From Euprymna scolopes (Eukaryota), in the NCBI GenBank assembly GCA_053919585.1, contig CM132802.1: a stretch of DNA of 64,000 nucleotides; one strand, 5' to 3'. Under the pieces are notes generated by a model. It did not search any database. It had not been told where the DNA came from and worked only from the letters and a program-made list of their open reading frames with translations. Positions 1-12,145 of this stretch are shown here, one piece after another. Position 1 is the first letter of the stretch; each line of letters opens with the position of its first letter. A program made the translations under genes and the position numbers.

Positions 1-61
1 CGAGTCCAAAGCTTTTGAAGAACACTTTTTTAATAGAATATATTTGATGTTTTCAAGTCGG

Positions 62-216
62 ATTTTATTTCACCCATAGTTTGGACCCTAACAGTTACTA
101 CACCTCCGGGTCAGAGTTGACCTGGGAGTAATGGTAATTTAAGGGTTGCTTCACACTCCCTAAAGCCCGCAAGCTGGAGTCTCACCATTGGATATAGTTT
201 AGATCATATCCAGGAC
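62..216 (-). mobile_element. SINE fragment (conserved central domain of a mollusc/cephalopod-type SINE)
   Basis: Reverse complement reads GTCCTGGATATGATCTAAAC..TGGTGAGACTCCAG..CCATTACTCCCAGGTCAACTCTGACCCGGAGGTGTAGTAACTGTTAGGGTCC, matching my recollection of a widespread molluscan SINE body. The exact family was not verified. Confidence 0.6.
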
Positions 217-942
217 CGAAAGCAATGAGGTCTATATAGCTATAGCAACCGTATATATAACATGGTACATCAGGAACTAGGCTGCAAATGGCGTTCATAA
301 AAAAGTCTTAAAATTACTCAAACATGTGAATCAATGATTTATTGCACTTGGCTAGATAGGGTAGTATTTTTAGAATGTTTGACTGATGTCAAATATATGT
401 TGGGTTTATATAAAAACTTTTGTTTATAAAAAGTTTTATTTATAAAAAAACGGAATTATCTTTGTGTTTATGCATCGAGCAGAAAAAAGTGAAAAGATAT
501 CCGTCCTCAAGCCTGGCTCTTCTTAGATCTGAATTTCCTGATCAGTTTTTGGGAGGTAAGCGAATATTATTTCCTCATTTTTTTACTTCCGATTTTGATG
601 TCCCCCAAACTATTTTCAGATTTTTTTTTCTTTTTTAGTCGCCGCATGGGCATTCGAATACAGATAGACTACAGGATCTGCTCGGATTTCGTTTGATCAA
701 AGTTCTGATTTATAGTTGAAGGAGACAGTTGGTTTATGATTTCCATTCCTGCAAGAACCGGAGCTTTTACCGGAATAATCTGATGAAAAGTTGCGTCCGG
801 TATTTTAGAGAAGAGACAGATGTATAGAAAAGAATAAAATAGGAATAGACATGTAAGCTACTTGATATAATGTGAAAAGAACATTCTTCATAAAAACACA
901 TGACAATTCACACACGCACGCGCGTATATGTATGCATATCTA

Positions 943-1081
943 NNNNNNNNNNNNNNNNNNNNNNNNNNNNNNNNNNNNNNNNNNNNNNNNNNNNNNNNNN
1001 NNNNNNNNNNNNNNNNNNNNNNNNNNNNNNNNNNNNNNNNNNNNNNNNNNNNNNNNNNNNNNNNNNNNNNNNNNNNNNNNN
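943..1081. other. N run (gap or masking); others at 50365-50524, 54259-54389, 62893-63040 and 63712-63959
   Basis: Runs of n. ORFs spanning them are artefacts. Confidence 0.98.
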
Positions 1082-1143
1082 ACATAAATTAATAAACGAA
1101 AGTATTATTGTATGCGTAAACTTTAACTATTCTTCAACAGTGC

Positions 1144-1349
1144 TAAATACATAGGTAGAACTAGGTAGTAAGTTGTAAAAATATATATGAAAATTAAGCT
1201 ACACAGAACATTCCGCGTTTTATCCACGCTAGGATCCGTCAGGCTTATGCCTGACAGATACTAGCGTTGATGAAACACGCAATATTCTGTTTAGCTTAAT
1301 TGTCATCTATATGCTTATAACTTACTACCTAGTTCTACCTATGTATTTA
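1144..1349. repeat. ~206-bp imperfect palindrome (foldback)
   Basis: Outer arms TAAATACATAGGTAGAACTAGGTAGTAAGTT (1144-1174) and AACTTACTACCTAGTTCTACCTATGTATTTA (1319-1349) are exact reverse complements. Pairing continues with mismatches to the centre TCAGGCTTATGCCTGA. Confidence 0.9.
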
Positions 1350-1928
1350 TCTATCAATAAGGAGTATATGGTTATCCTATTGTATTTTATTTTTCATGAA
1401 ATTGACGTGTTTTATTTATTTAAATGTACGGGAACAACAGCATGTAGATTTACCTAGTTTAACATTAACATAACCGAGTAATATACAATATAAGAAACTT
1501 TCCATGTGAGAGTTTTGAATTTTGAGTAAACATTAAAATATTATCAATTTACTTGGAATCCATTAATAAATGAAACACTAAAAATAATAAATCAAAACTA
1601 AGGAACCATAATTTTCCCGGTTTCAAAATAGTCGGAATTTAACAATTATCGCTGTAATTTTGAGAAAATACACGAACACAGGGATCACAAAATTTCCTTC
1701 AACAAAGACGATGGACATGAGGGGGTGTCTGATGTAGTTTTAACGGAATTAAAAATGTGTCAAGATACGCACAATCTTTGTTTTTATTCAAACATATCTG
1801 ATGAGATGTAACTAAGATAACTCTTAAATAATATAAAATTTAGAATTATTTGGCAAATGTCGAAACAATTATAATATCCGACAAAATACAAATATGAAGT
1901 TACTCCTTGTTGATTTGGTGATTTGCCA

Positions 1929-1931
<3 letters not shown>

Positions 1932-1974
<43 letters not shown>
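1932..1974. repeat. (TA)n microsatellite; similar TA/CA tracts at 9787-9942, 18266-18426, 50303-50349, 50951-51031, 51226-51287, 59617-59682, 60737-60799 and 62419-62478
   Basis: Seen directly in the sequence. Confidence 0.95.
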
Positions 1975-1980
<6 letters not shown>

Positions 1981-2829
1981 GTCTGTCTCTTTCCTTGAAT
2001 AGAGGGAATCTACAAAACATCCCTGTCAATTCTAGTCTACAAACTTAGAGAGTAATATATATGAGAAATTCGACTCTATGGAACAATTTTGATGTTGCCT
2101 TTAACAGGTATATGTAGCTTTTAAATGGTCAAAAGTTGAAAGAAAATTAAAGCTTGTCGAGTAGAAGTCGACCGATTGGTCTTGTACGCATGCGCAAATA
2201 CACATTTATTCGTAATGCCGTTTAAATTTTTACGTTTATTTATCAACATTTCGATAGCTAGAACGATATTGACTAAAGCTGGAGCACTGCATGTTTTGGT
2301 TTCGATTTAATCTATTTGTACCAAAGTCATATTTATAACTCGTAAATAGATACTGCACATTGCGTATGATATATTCTTTATAGTGTATTGATCGTATATA
2401 ATTTTGTCTTAGACTTAAATAAAGTTTATGTACAATATTCTATATAAAAAGTGCAGTTATACCAAAATTGCCATAGACGGGTGATTGCTCTAACAGAAAT
2501 AAATTGCCACATATTTTCTATGGTTGTACATCAGGTTATGTCTATTCAACATTACACTAAAAGTTAGACTGGATTTAAGTATGGGGAAACATTTAAATGT
2601 TTTCGATTTATATGTAATTTTACATTCGGTTTTAAAACTCTAACTTGGTCAGATTTCATGAAAAACTAATAGATTTTTCATTTTTCTACATGTTTTCAGT
2701 GCCAATCTTTCACATGAAATGGTTGTCATTAATGTTGAATCATTCCTTATACAATATATATGGTTACTCATAATTCACTCGGATTCGCAGAAGTCATAAT
2801 TCTTTTAAAAGTTGCTAACACTCCCTCCT

Positions 2830-5800
2830 CATGCTCATTATCTATGACTGGAGCATTATTCAGAATTGTCATCTAAACAATGCCCACGTGCACTGTTATA
2901 TTATAGTCCAGGCTATGCCGGACCTAAACCGTAGAGCATTTCGACACTTTCAAACGGTTGCGGTGAATCATCTGAACAAGTTTATCTGAGGAAACACTTG
3001 TGTCTCTCATTAATTAGATTGGTACCATGCTATCAATATATCCCATCCCCTTAGTAACCTTGTGGTAAGCCCGTAGAGAATAAAACTTATATCTGGAAGA
3101 GGTCGGAAATAGTCGTTCTGGCGTAACAAATATCTTTGTCCTTGTATTGTATCTAATGGACGTCAGTGGGTCTTTTCTTTCTGATTTCCATCAAATCGTG
3201 GCATCATTGCCACAGATCCATAAGTTTCTTTTCCATAATACGTTTATTTAGGACAAGAGAATGCTTGTGGACAGTCTATCATTGTCTGTTCTTATTTGAT
3301 GATTCGCCGTTACCCCATTTTCTGGGCAACCCCGAACATCCTGAAAAGCGAATCACATCTCGTAAAGACATGATGAAACAATATACCATTGCAAACTATT
3401 TCGCGAATCACCTGTTTTAAAATCTTGGTATTATTGACGTAAGACTTCTAGAGGGCGAAGTCACTCTCTATGTGGGTAGAAAAATAATGATATAGGTCGC
3501 TTGGTACTCTCAGACAAGAATAAATACTCGAATTGACTGATATTATAAATTACAATCGATATACATTTATTCCCAGAAAATGTAACAAAGGTGGAGAAAA
3601 ACAGATTAATGCCGTAGATTTATTGGAAAACATTATTGCTGAGTCCTTTCAGTGTCTCTTTACGGGGGCACGAATGTCTTCTTGCGTGTACGCAATCCAG
3701 GACCGTGGGGTTGACACGGTTGCGTCCTTGTGCGTCTAAATATAAAAAAAAGGGCGAGCGAAGATAAATTTTCTATGGTTGTAAGGAGCCACGCCCCCTT
3801 GTGTCAAATAATGATATGATAATTAAAAGCCGAAACTCATGTTTACCTTATTTTTACTGGTTTGTGTCCGTGTGTTTGCTTGTGTGTGGAAACGCATTTC
3901 AATAGATTTAACTTTGATTCAACAGAAATAGAGTTCAGTACATTTGGAAACGGGTGTATTAAACAGAATAGAACACAAATATATATGCACCTTCTTACAT
4001 AAGACTTATCGGTCTAAAAGCAGGCATACAAATGGCTGCCTTCTACGCTCTCAGTGCCAGTATCTCCTTCTGCATGAATAATATCACATCCTTTCTTCTT
4101 CATTGGTTCAATGATCAGCTGGTTCAGTGCCTGTTTATTTACCCTATTCGACAAGAATTAATATTTTTCCAGAAGATATTGTCAATTCGGTAATATTCAC
4201 CTTGTTTACAAAAACTCTGTGTCTCCGGATTTGATGCGCACAGTAATGTATTCTTTGTCCTCACGCATAACCATAAGACATCATAATCGTATACCTATAG
4301 TTTTCGTCAGTGAATGATTTAAAATCGTCTACACTAGAACTGTAGGTGATCCTCTACTATGTAAAACAGAGACAAAGAGATATCCGTCTAGAATGTTGTA
4401 ATTTGTTGTTAGAACAGTTTGTTCCAAAAGTGTTCCTTATTTTGTTTTAACATAGCTTCTGGTTGCTTCGGCAATTCTCTGTTTGTCCGTATACACACAG
4501 AAAAATGTTTTTAACAAAGCGAGCCTGTATAGATATAGTTCATGAAACAATAAATTATCTAGCCGAACATTTTCTTTCTGAGAGACTATGGAAAAGTTAT
4601 GTAACAAGAATGCCTGGTCCAAGCTACGATATGCAGAATTATTTACGTTCTTGCTGGATGTTTGAGTCTTTGCATTCAAACTCCCTTTGTAAATGTTGAG
4701 AAAACCCCAATGGTCTGCCCATTTATTGTACAATGTATATTCCGATTTGGAAGAGGCATTGCACATTGACGTCTTTGCTTGCTTTACTTCTTGTGATGAT
4801 ATTTCATAAAGATCCATCAGTTGAAAGCAGTGTAAAATTGTAGTTTCATCACAACTTTGCTGAGATCTATCTCATCTATTTTCTATTGAGATGGATCCTT
4901 CGGTGAAATCTTGCATGAGAATGTTGTAAAAGGATAGGTAGTGAATGATATGGTCCAACATGTTCTCTAATGATCGGTCACGCAACTTATTCGCGTCAAC
5001 CAGGCTGGGTATTGAGTGACCACACTAGTGTCTACACAATCACAAGATCTGAATCAAGACCAGCTTTGTATTTGTTGCTGCGTCGGATTACAAGAAACCT
5101 AGAGGTTAATACACGTCTTTCAAGTCATACATCTGGAGATATAGTCGAACCGAATCAGATAATTCAGCGGCCGTGAATATTGGCAGGGAAGCTGAGAAAA
5201 CATTTAGATGCATCCTCCAAGACCTGATTCAATAAGCTGAAACAAGTGCCATAGATATACGCATTATCGGCAGATACTTTATCCATTAGTTATCCATTGT
5301 TTGCTGGATTTTAATGTTCTTTTGCGTCAATTCTATTTCTCAGTCAAAGAGTTGCAATCTGATTTTCACAATGGATTTAAAGCTCACTCGGCAGTCTCCA
5401 TCAATATGTACAAACACTCAAGTTCCTTCACAAGGTTCTTAAACCTATATTTATCTTACATGATATCGGCAAAAATCTTGTGTGTTATCAATAAGCTGGT
5501 GGACAGGAAATTGCACTTCTTATGCAGCACTTGCATTATGCATTTCCAACTGGACGCACCCTTGCAGAAGCAAAAAAACATTTCCAAAAAATGTTAACTT
5601 TGCGAGCAGTTACAATATATGCGCATGGAACTGAGAGAAACTCTAAGTAATAGTTAATATGCATAGAAACGCAATAGTCTGTAATGCCGCGGAATATTAT
5701 GATTAACTTGCTTCCCTGGTGTGATAACTGCGATAATTGAAATCCCATAAACGTACGCTTTCCGTCCAATGTCATAATATTATGATTCGCATTACCCTGG

Positions 5801-7315
5801 AGATAACAACACTCACTGTACAAAAATGTTGATGTCAACGCCTTATACATATGAGCAAGTGATTATGTCGTGATCATTCAAAACATTTGTACTACTGGAT
5901 ATGAAAAAAGGAAAACCCATAGTTGGGAGATCTTCAATCGGTAATTGTGATCGATATAATTGGTGCCTTTGTATGGTGACATCAAGATCTAAGTGCGTTC
6001 TGGAATGCACTACTTGAACGATTACTTGTCCGATGTTAGTAACCTTTCTGGATGAGTCATTTCCAAGAACTAGATGTTGCGACAAGACTTGATGGAATAA
6101 AAGCTAATGCGGCTGTAAAGTAGTTAGATACGTATTTTTATTGACGCAACTGTTGTCTTGACATTCGTTCTAATAAGTTTCTCCAAAAACTAAATCAAAT
6201 TTCATTTTTTATTTTTTTTCAATCTCTGAAAAATTAAAGCTTTAAACTTCCAAATATAATTTATTGTTACATATTAATTAAATGGAATTGACTCAACTTT
6301 TATTTGCTTAGGAAATTAAAATAGGTGTTATGAATATCTTAATGAATTAAGATATGAATTGATGAATTAATGGTATTTTTGCGTAGTTTTCTAAAGGGAT
6401 TATAACTTGGAAATAATCTACACTTAAATATGTCCTATTTTAAAACACACAATAACACGCACACAAACACATAATTGGAAAATTGTCTTATTCTGTGCTT
6501 TATTATCGTCCTCGCGATGTGAAGTTTCGTATTCGCAAACACTGTTCCGGGGTTTTCCGTAAATTCCACAGACTTTTGACGACACACATATCTTCTTTCA
6601 CACATATAGTGTCCCCTTACGGCTAGCAGATATTTCATGAAGTATTAATTTCAGTACGGCGTAGATTAACTACCATGCGAGTATTATGCAAGGTCCAATA
6701 TGGTTAGCTGTTATTGATCGTTTTTCTCTAGGAACTAAAATTTTCGATTTCCTCGTCTTTTCACTGTGCTTGAGTCTTTTACTGTCTCATCGTTTGCTGA
6801 ATTCAGCTGATGTAAATTGCCAGCGTTATTCAGCATTATTGATGCAATATAACTTGTGGTAAACATAGTCTGCTGCGTGAAGATCGCCACAAAATATTCG
6901 ATCCAGCGCTGAACGGAAGCAGACAGTGATTCCCTTTAGTTTTACGCTGAACCAATACGATTTCAATGAATGCATCCGATTTTTACAGAATAAAAACTCT
7001 TCAATACTTTTTAATTGTGGATATTTTTATCGTAACGTTTCCCTTAAATAAGCAAGATATCCTACTATCACATGCGATCGGAAAAAGATATACGTGCCTT
7101 TTAACTGCCCGAGCAGAACCAGATTTGCTAGGGGCAAAAGCAATATTCTTTTTGTTGATCTTGTTTACCGGACTCGTTTTGTGAACTCGAATTCCTTCAT
7201 TATATCGACTTCAGGCGTTTTTGTTACTTGAAGAGTTGATGCCTTCAGCTGCGGTCTCTTCCCTATCCAAATCTCGTTCACAAAAGGAACAAGTTTCTGC
7301 GTTTGGTGAATTCAT
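2830..7315 (-). pseudogene. Decayed Academ-superfamily DNA transposon ORF (AcademX type: transposase + XPG-like nuclease + C-terminal Cys8/CXC finger)
   Basis: Minus-strand fragments occur in the expected order: DLHAADYVYH (~6890); RKVTNIGQVIVQ..HQLYRS..TMGF (ORF 5843-6085); NANHNIMTLDGKRTFMG (ORF 5536-5850); GSWRMHL..LPIFTAA..VIRRSNKYKAGLDSDLVI (5030-5225); LFHELYLY..DKQRIAEA (ORF 4437-4817); ILDG (~4390); FLSNRVNKQAL..GCDIIHAEGD (4060-4155); HVFTRCDS..FG (H3TH-like, ~3330-3375); FVTPERLFPTSS..SLRAYH (3060-3130); eroded MIHRNRLK..SARGHC Cys cluster (2870-2975). Many stops and frameshifts. Confidence 0.75.
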
Positions 7316-9459
7316 GTTTTACCTGAAAATATATGTGTACAATGTATTAGTGTATGCCTGCATGTGATTCGAGTTGAGTGCAACAATATAATGTGGGGTA
7401 AAAAGAAGGAAAGCCTTTTCTTTTGTCTCCAAAGTGGTCGGGTTGTAATAGAAAATGCACATCATATAACCTGCGATCTCCGCCGAAGGTGCTGCAATTT
7501 TTAAACCACTTTTAGAAGTTGCAGTCGTAAAGGGGAATCGTCACACTATATGTCGTATATGTGGTTATTCAACATCACTGGAAACCGTTTAATTAGAAAG
7601 ATTGGCACAGAAAGCATGAGTAAAATGCAAGAGTGTTTGATTTATAAGAAACTGTGCGAATTGCTGTTATAAATCGTAATGTAAAATGACTTGGAAGTTG
7701 AAAATAAAAATAAAAAAAACTTGGAGATTTGAAACCTTTCTGTTGCAATATTGTTGAACTCTAATGAGGTAGATATTTATTTGCTTCTTCACGTAAGCAA
7801 AATATGACACAAGATCGGTTTTTATGTGGAGTGAACGAGGAGGAGGAGGGGATGGAGTAATTGCATATAGGGTTACCCCTACATGGGCAAACAACCAATT
7901 ACCACAAGAGCAATGGTCTCAAAGTGCAGCATCTGCCGGCACAGATATTACACTATTCTGCACAGTCGGGAGATTCTATTTATAAACGACGCTGCTAAGA
8001 GCTTACGACTCAAATTAATTCATGCCCTGCAACCAACCAATCAGGAACCAGAATTGTTCCATAAAAATTAAATCTTTTCTTCGTGTCAACACATGAAGAA
8101 TGGTTTGATCTGTGGCTTCCAACTCAAGAACTGTCTAGTGAGAACCACTCACTTCCAGGAATTGTGTAGAACAACTAACCATCAGCAACTGTTCTGAAAA
8201 TAAACATGGCTTACAATTCTAAGGTTTCCAGACTAAAATAATGTACTGAAACTAACATGACATAACTTCACAATGTTGCATTTTCGTGTTATTAAGGGTT
8301 CTTTTTGTGTCTTATTGACCAGCATACAGCACATTTAACTACACTCTTAGTCAAACAAACATCATGAATTAACAGCTATTTTAAAAATAATTTTCATATA
8401 AAATTATACAAATATTGCACTAAGGTTAGTTACACCAGCCTTACATTTTTGAGACATTAATCATATGAGCAATTCGACAGTAACGCAGACAATGCAACCT
8501 CCATGCACGCGACAGAAAACTACAGTAGACTATGGACAAAATATTAACATTACGATACAAAAACAACTGGACTGTTTATTGGAAATCATTGACTAACTAT
8601 TAATATTAAACTAAAATATATTAAAAAAACACCAAATATATAATACATTTATTTATAATATACTAGCAATAACAATTTATCACAAGAATCTATTTGAAAG
8701 TCAATAAACGAACAAGCATACAAAACATTTATGTTATCACAAAAATAAATGTATAAATTTAAACAATAGAAAGAGTAGTGTTTTTATATTTGTAATATTT
8801 GTACTGGTTAATCCGAGTCACATTTGTAGGTTTGATAAATTGCAAACACTTATGCGTAATTCGAGTTGCTATACATTCTCTAATTCACTGCAAACTCTCT
8901 CACTCACACACAAATGTAATGCTGCTAGTGTCAGTTATTTCTTAAACAATCTCAAATTACATGTCTGCCTCTGAATTCTGATTATTCCCTGCTTTCTTTG
9001 ACTCAGCTCCTTTGACTCGTTGGTCAAGAGATTTCATTAGTTCGCTGCAGTACACCTTCTTATTTCAATATATTTTCTTCGAAGGACACTAGAGTTCTAA
9101 TCCCACTCTCTTTTTTACTTTTATCCTTAGCCTTAGTCGTTTCAAGAATAAGGTCAATAGAATCTCTCCTCTTTGTAATAATCATCTTTCGCTTTTGGAA
9201 GCTCCTTACATTTCATGATTTTATGCATTTCTTTAGTTGCTTCTATACGGAAATAACTTAACTAACTCCATAGATAAATATAACTACGGAAATACTTATT
9301 TAGTAAAATTAATAACAAAAGATTCAAATAAATAGCAAGTTTTATTACACATAGTTTTCTACAGTCAACATAACCATATTAAAACTACACGAAACAAAAA
9401 TATCTTGAACTTCTTGTGAATATCGAAAATTCTTCAGCAATCTTAAAAAGAAATTTAAG

Positions 9460-9788
9460 ATCCACGTATATGTAATGAGCGGTGAAATAGCGAAACAGCA
9501 CAGTATGTAGATTACTATAATGCTCCCTATCTTGGGTTGAGCATATTGGGAAGTGATAGACAAATTACCATGAGCGTATTACGGGATGCTCCTTGTGTAA
9601 ACACATCGAGAAGATGCATTTGGACGATGTCAAAATATCGTGTCTTCACTAACCGAACAGCAGCCGCGTAATAGTTAGAAGTTTGGGCTGTCATTTAGGT
9701 GGTCAATTTTGGACCCTGAATTGAGGTAGTTGCCTATCTAGCCGCACTGATTAGCTCTGAAAAAGCGAAACAGTGCTCCTTGTGGATT
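9460..9788 (+). mobile_element. Retrozyme / Penelope pLTR-like unit bounded by two degenerate type-I hammerhead motifs
   Basis: Copy 1 (9460-9512): ATCCAC..TAATGA-GC..GC-GAAA-CAGCACAG-TA-TGTAGAT. Copy 2 (9741-9788): CCGCA-CTGATTA-GCT..AGC-GAAA-CAGTGCTC-CT-TGTGG. The two lie ~280 nt apart with a GC-richer interior. Confidence 0.55.
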
Positions 9789-9803
9789 ATATATATATGC
9801 ATG

Positions 9804-9835
<32 letters not shown>

Positions 9836-10409
9836 CATATGTATATATATATATATATATACTCCACAAAGAGCACTGTTTCGCTGTTTCATACATATAT
9901 ATATACATATATATATATATACATATATATATATGTATATATACTGAAACATCAAGTTTTCACAGTTTGTAACTCATTGCTTTTCAAAACAATATATTTT
10001 TGTTCGTGACTAAAATCGAATAATTAATTGAAAAATAAGTATAACTTCACTGTACTGCGTAAAAGAAATTCGAAAAAGTAAAACTCAACATAAATTTTAT
10101 TATTTTTTATTGGCGCGTGATAACCAACATAAACCGTGCAAAACTAAACGATGCAAACTTGGTTTTCTTGGGGTTTACTACATATTTACATCTAAGGAAA
10201 AAAACTGTTAAAATGAAATTCAAAGATGTTTGCATAAGATTAGATATTTGTCCTTCCTTGCTTTAATGAACATTCATGATTTCACTGAAATACTCTGTCT
10301 GGGTACACCTAGATCTACCCTCAAGTACCATAAACCTAATTTGTTTCACAATATGTCCATCACATTGATCTGCCCATCTAGCTCTGGCGAATGTGCGCTG
10401 AGCTAATAT

Positions 10410-11250
10410 ATGCGAGATAGAATTATCCCTTCTATTAAGGAAAAAGTTAATTTCTCTTTGGCAAAATGCGATTCTGTAATAAATTGCTTTTTTTTCCTTA
10501 AAAATAAACACAGCTATCCTATTCATAACTTTGACATTAACAACTATTATCAGTCAATGTCCATGATCAACATAAATAAGGCACTAATCCTCGCTTAAAG
10601 AAATTCTGATTAACTATTTTAGAAATAAAATTAATTATCCTCGCTAGAAAATCCCTAATGCAATTTAACAAAGAAATATTGAACGAGAAAAGACACTTCC
10701 AATAACTTTTTAATTTTATAGATGTCACACTAAACCTTAACACCGTGATATATAACCCTAACCCTAACCTTAACACCGTGACATATAGCCCATACCATCA
10801 ACCTAACCGTACACTTTTATTCGTTCATAACTAATTCAATTATAAAACCGTTAGTAAAACCCGTCTATACTTTTTATACTTTCTGCCGACAAAAAAAAAA
10901 AAATGTTTAATGAACAATGACTTCAGGGATTCAGGATACAATGGAAATATTAAATAAAACCATTGTACTTCCCCTGTGAGCTGTCTTAAATCCGTAATCA
11001 CGCACAATATGACTCACAACAAACCAGTTAAAATAAGAGATCTACCGCTATCAATAACAATGAACCATGCAATCACTATAACCCGAAGCGAGATACTAAT
11101 CGTAACACCTCTAACCAGCACAACCGCTTGCAGAGAAAAATATTTTTATCAACCCTTCATTTAACACAACAAGAAAAGGGCTGCCCATTCCCATCAATAA
11201 TCTGATAGAATCACTGATCAAACAAAGCAATTTAACATCCCTTCTAATAA
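10410..11250 (+). pseudogene. Penelope-like element (PLE) reverse transcriptase relic, internally deleted
   Basis: ORF 10410-10598 (KNKHSYPIHNFDINNYYQSMS..KAL) resembles the PLE RT motif NK..FI.FDI..FYPSIS..AL. It is followed by ARKSL, NFIDVTLNLNT.TYSPYHQPN..VH (10715-10830), SGY (~10930) and FINPSF (~11145, WFNPPF-like). The catalytic YxDD region is missing. Confidence 0.7.
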
Positions 11251-11264
11251 TAATCATACAACTC

Positions 11265-11265
<1 letters not shown>

Positions 11266-11301
<36 letters not shown>

Positions 11302-11327
11302 TAATAACAATAATAACAATAATAATA
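11266..11327. repeat. (AAT)n/(AAC) microsatellite
   Basis: Seen directly in the sequence. Confidence 0.95.
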
Positions 11328-12145
11328 GGATCCCAAATAGTGACGTTTAGCACGCTTATAACAGATAACTCTTTTAAAGAAACCAACGAAATGTGAGACG
11401 GGCAGAATGTTTGCGTGTGTGTACATGTGTGTACTAGAAAGACTGTCAACCCCTCACACTACCTCTTTACCCTCACCCTCTACTGCCCAACGACCTGACA
11501 TTTAACTCTAGACAGGATCCCAAATAGGGACGTTTATAACGCTCGTGACAGAAAACTATTTTAAAGAAGCCAACGAGTTTACGTCCTTTTTATTAAAAAA
11601 CAAAAGTTAAATGTTACTTCGAATTTATTTCAGAAAACAGTCTGTTTCGATATAAATGCATAATTAGGTTTGTCAATGCAAATTTAAGGAAAATCCTCTA
11701 AAAATGAATGCAAAAATAACCAGACGGGGCAACTGGTGATATTTATTACTTGAGGAAAAATAGAGGAATTCATTTTTATTCTTTTTTGGCAAAGATGGGC
11801 AGAATGTTTGCGTATGTGGGCATGTGTGTACTAGAAAGGACTGTCAACCCCTCATCCTCCCTCCTTGCCCTCACCCTCTACTGACCAACGACCTGGCATT
11901 TAACTCAAGACAGGGCCCCAGAGTTTACGTCTGTTTTTATGAAAAAACAAAAGTTAAATATTGGTTCGAATTTATTTCAGAAAACAGTCTGTTTCGATAT
12001 AAACGCATAATTATGTTTGTCAATGCAAATTTAATGAAAATCCTCTAAAAATGAATGCAAAAAAAAAACCAGACGGGTGACTAGCGAATTATCTAGTTAA
12101 ATGTTAGTTCGAACTTATAACAGAAACCAGTCCTTTTACCGATAT
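11328..12145 (+). repeat. Diverged, interleaved local tandem duplication
   Basis: 11328-11388 resembles 11515-11576; 11398-11516 resembles 11794-11914; 11575-11727 resembles 11921-12077; a partial third copy lies at ~12095-12145. Confidence 0.85.

Noticed and set aside
769-803. TACCGGA..CTGATGAAAAG..TCCGGTA hairpin as a hammerhead
   Set aside because: There is no stem II between CTGATGA and GAAA, so it cannot form the ribozyme fold.
872-1154. ORFs spanning N runs or (TA)n/(CA)n tracts (here and at 1784, 9734, 19843, 50188, 51122, 54247, 59508, 60712, 62188, 62806, 63670)
   Set aside because: They are artefacts of stop-free gaps and microsatellites.
7860-8205. Possible minus-strand host exon after TTTTCAG (~8195)
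   Set aside because: All three frames hit stops within about 60 bp and no recognisable protein emerges.
8950-9220. Lys/Glu-rich minus-strand segment as LINE ORF1
   Set aside because: Many stops and no diagnostic motif.
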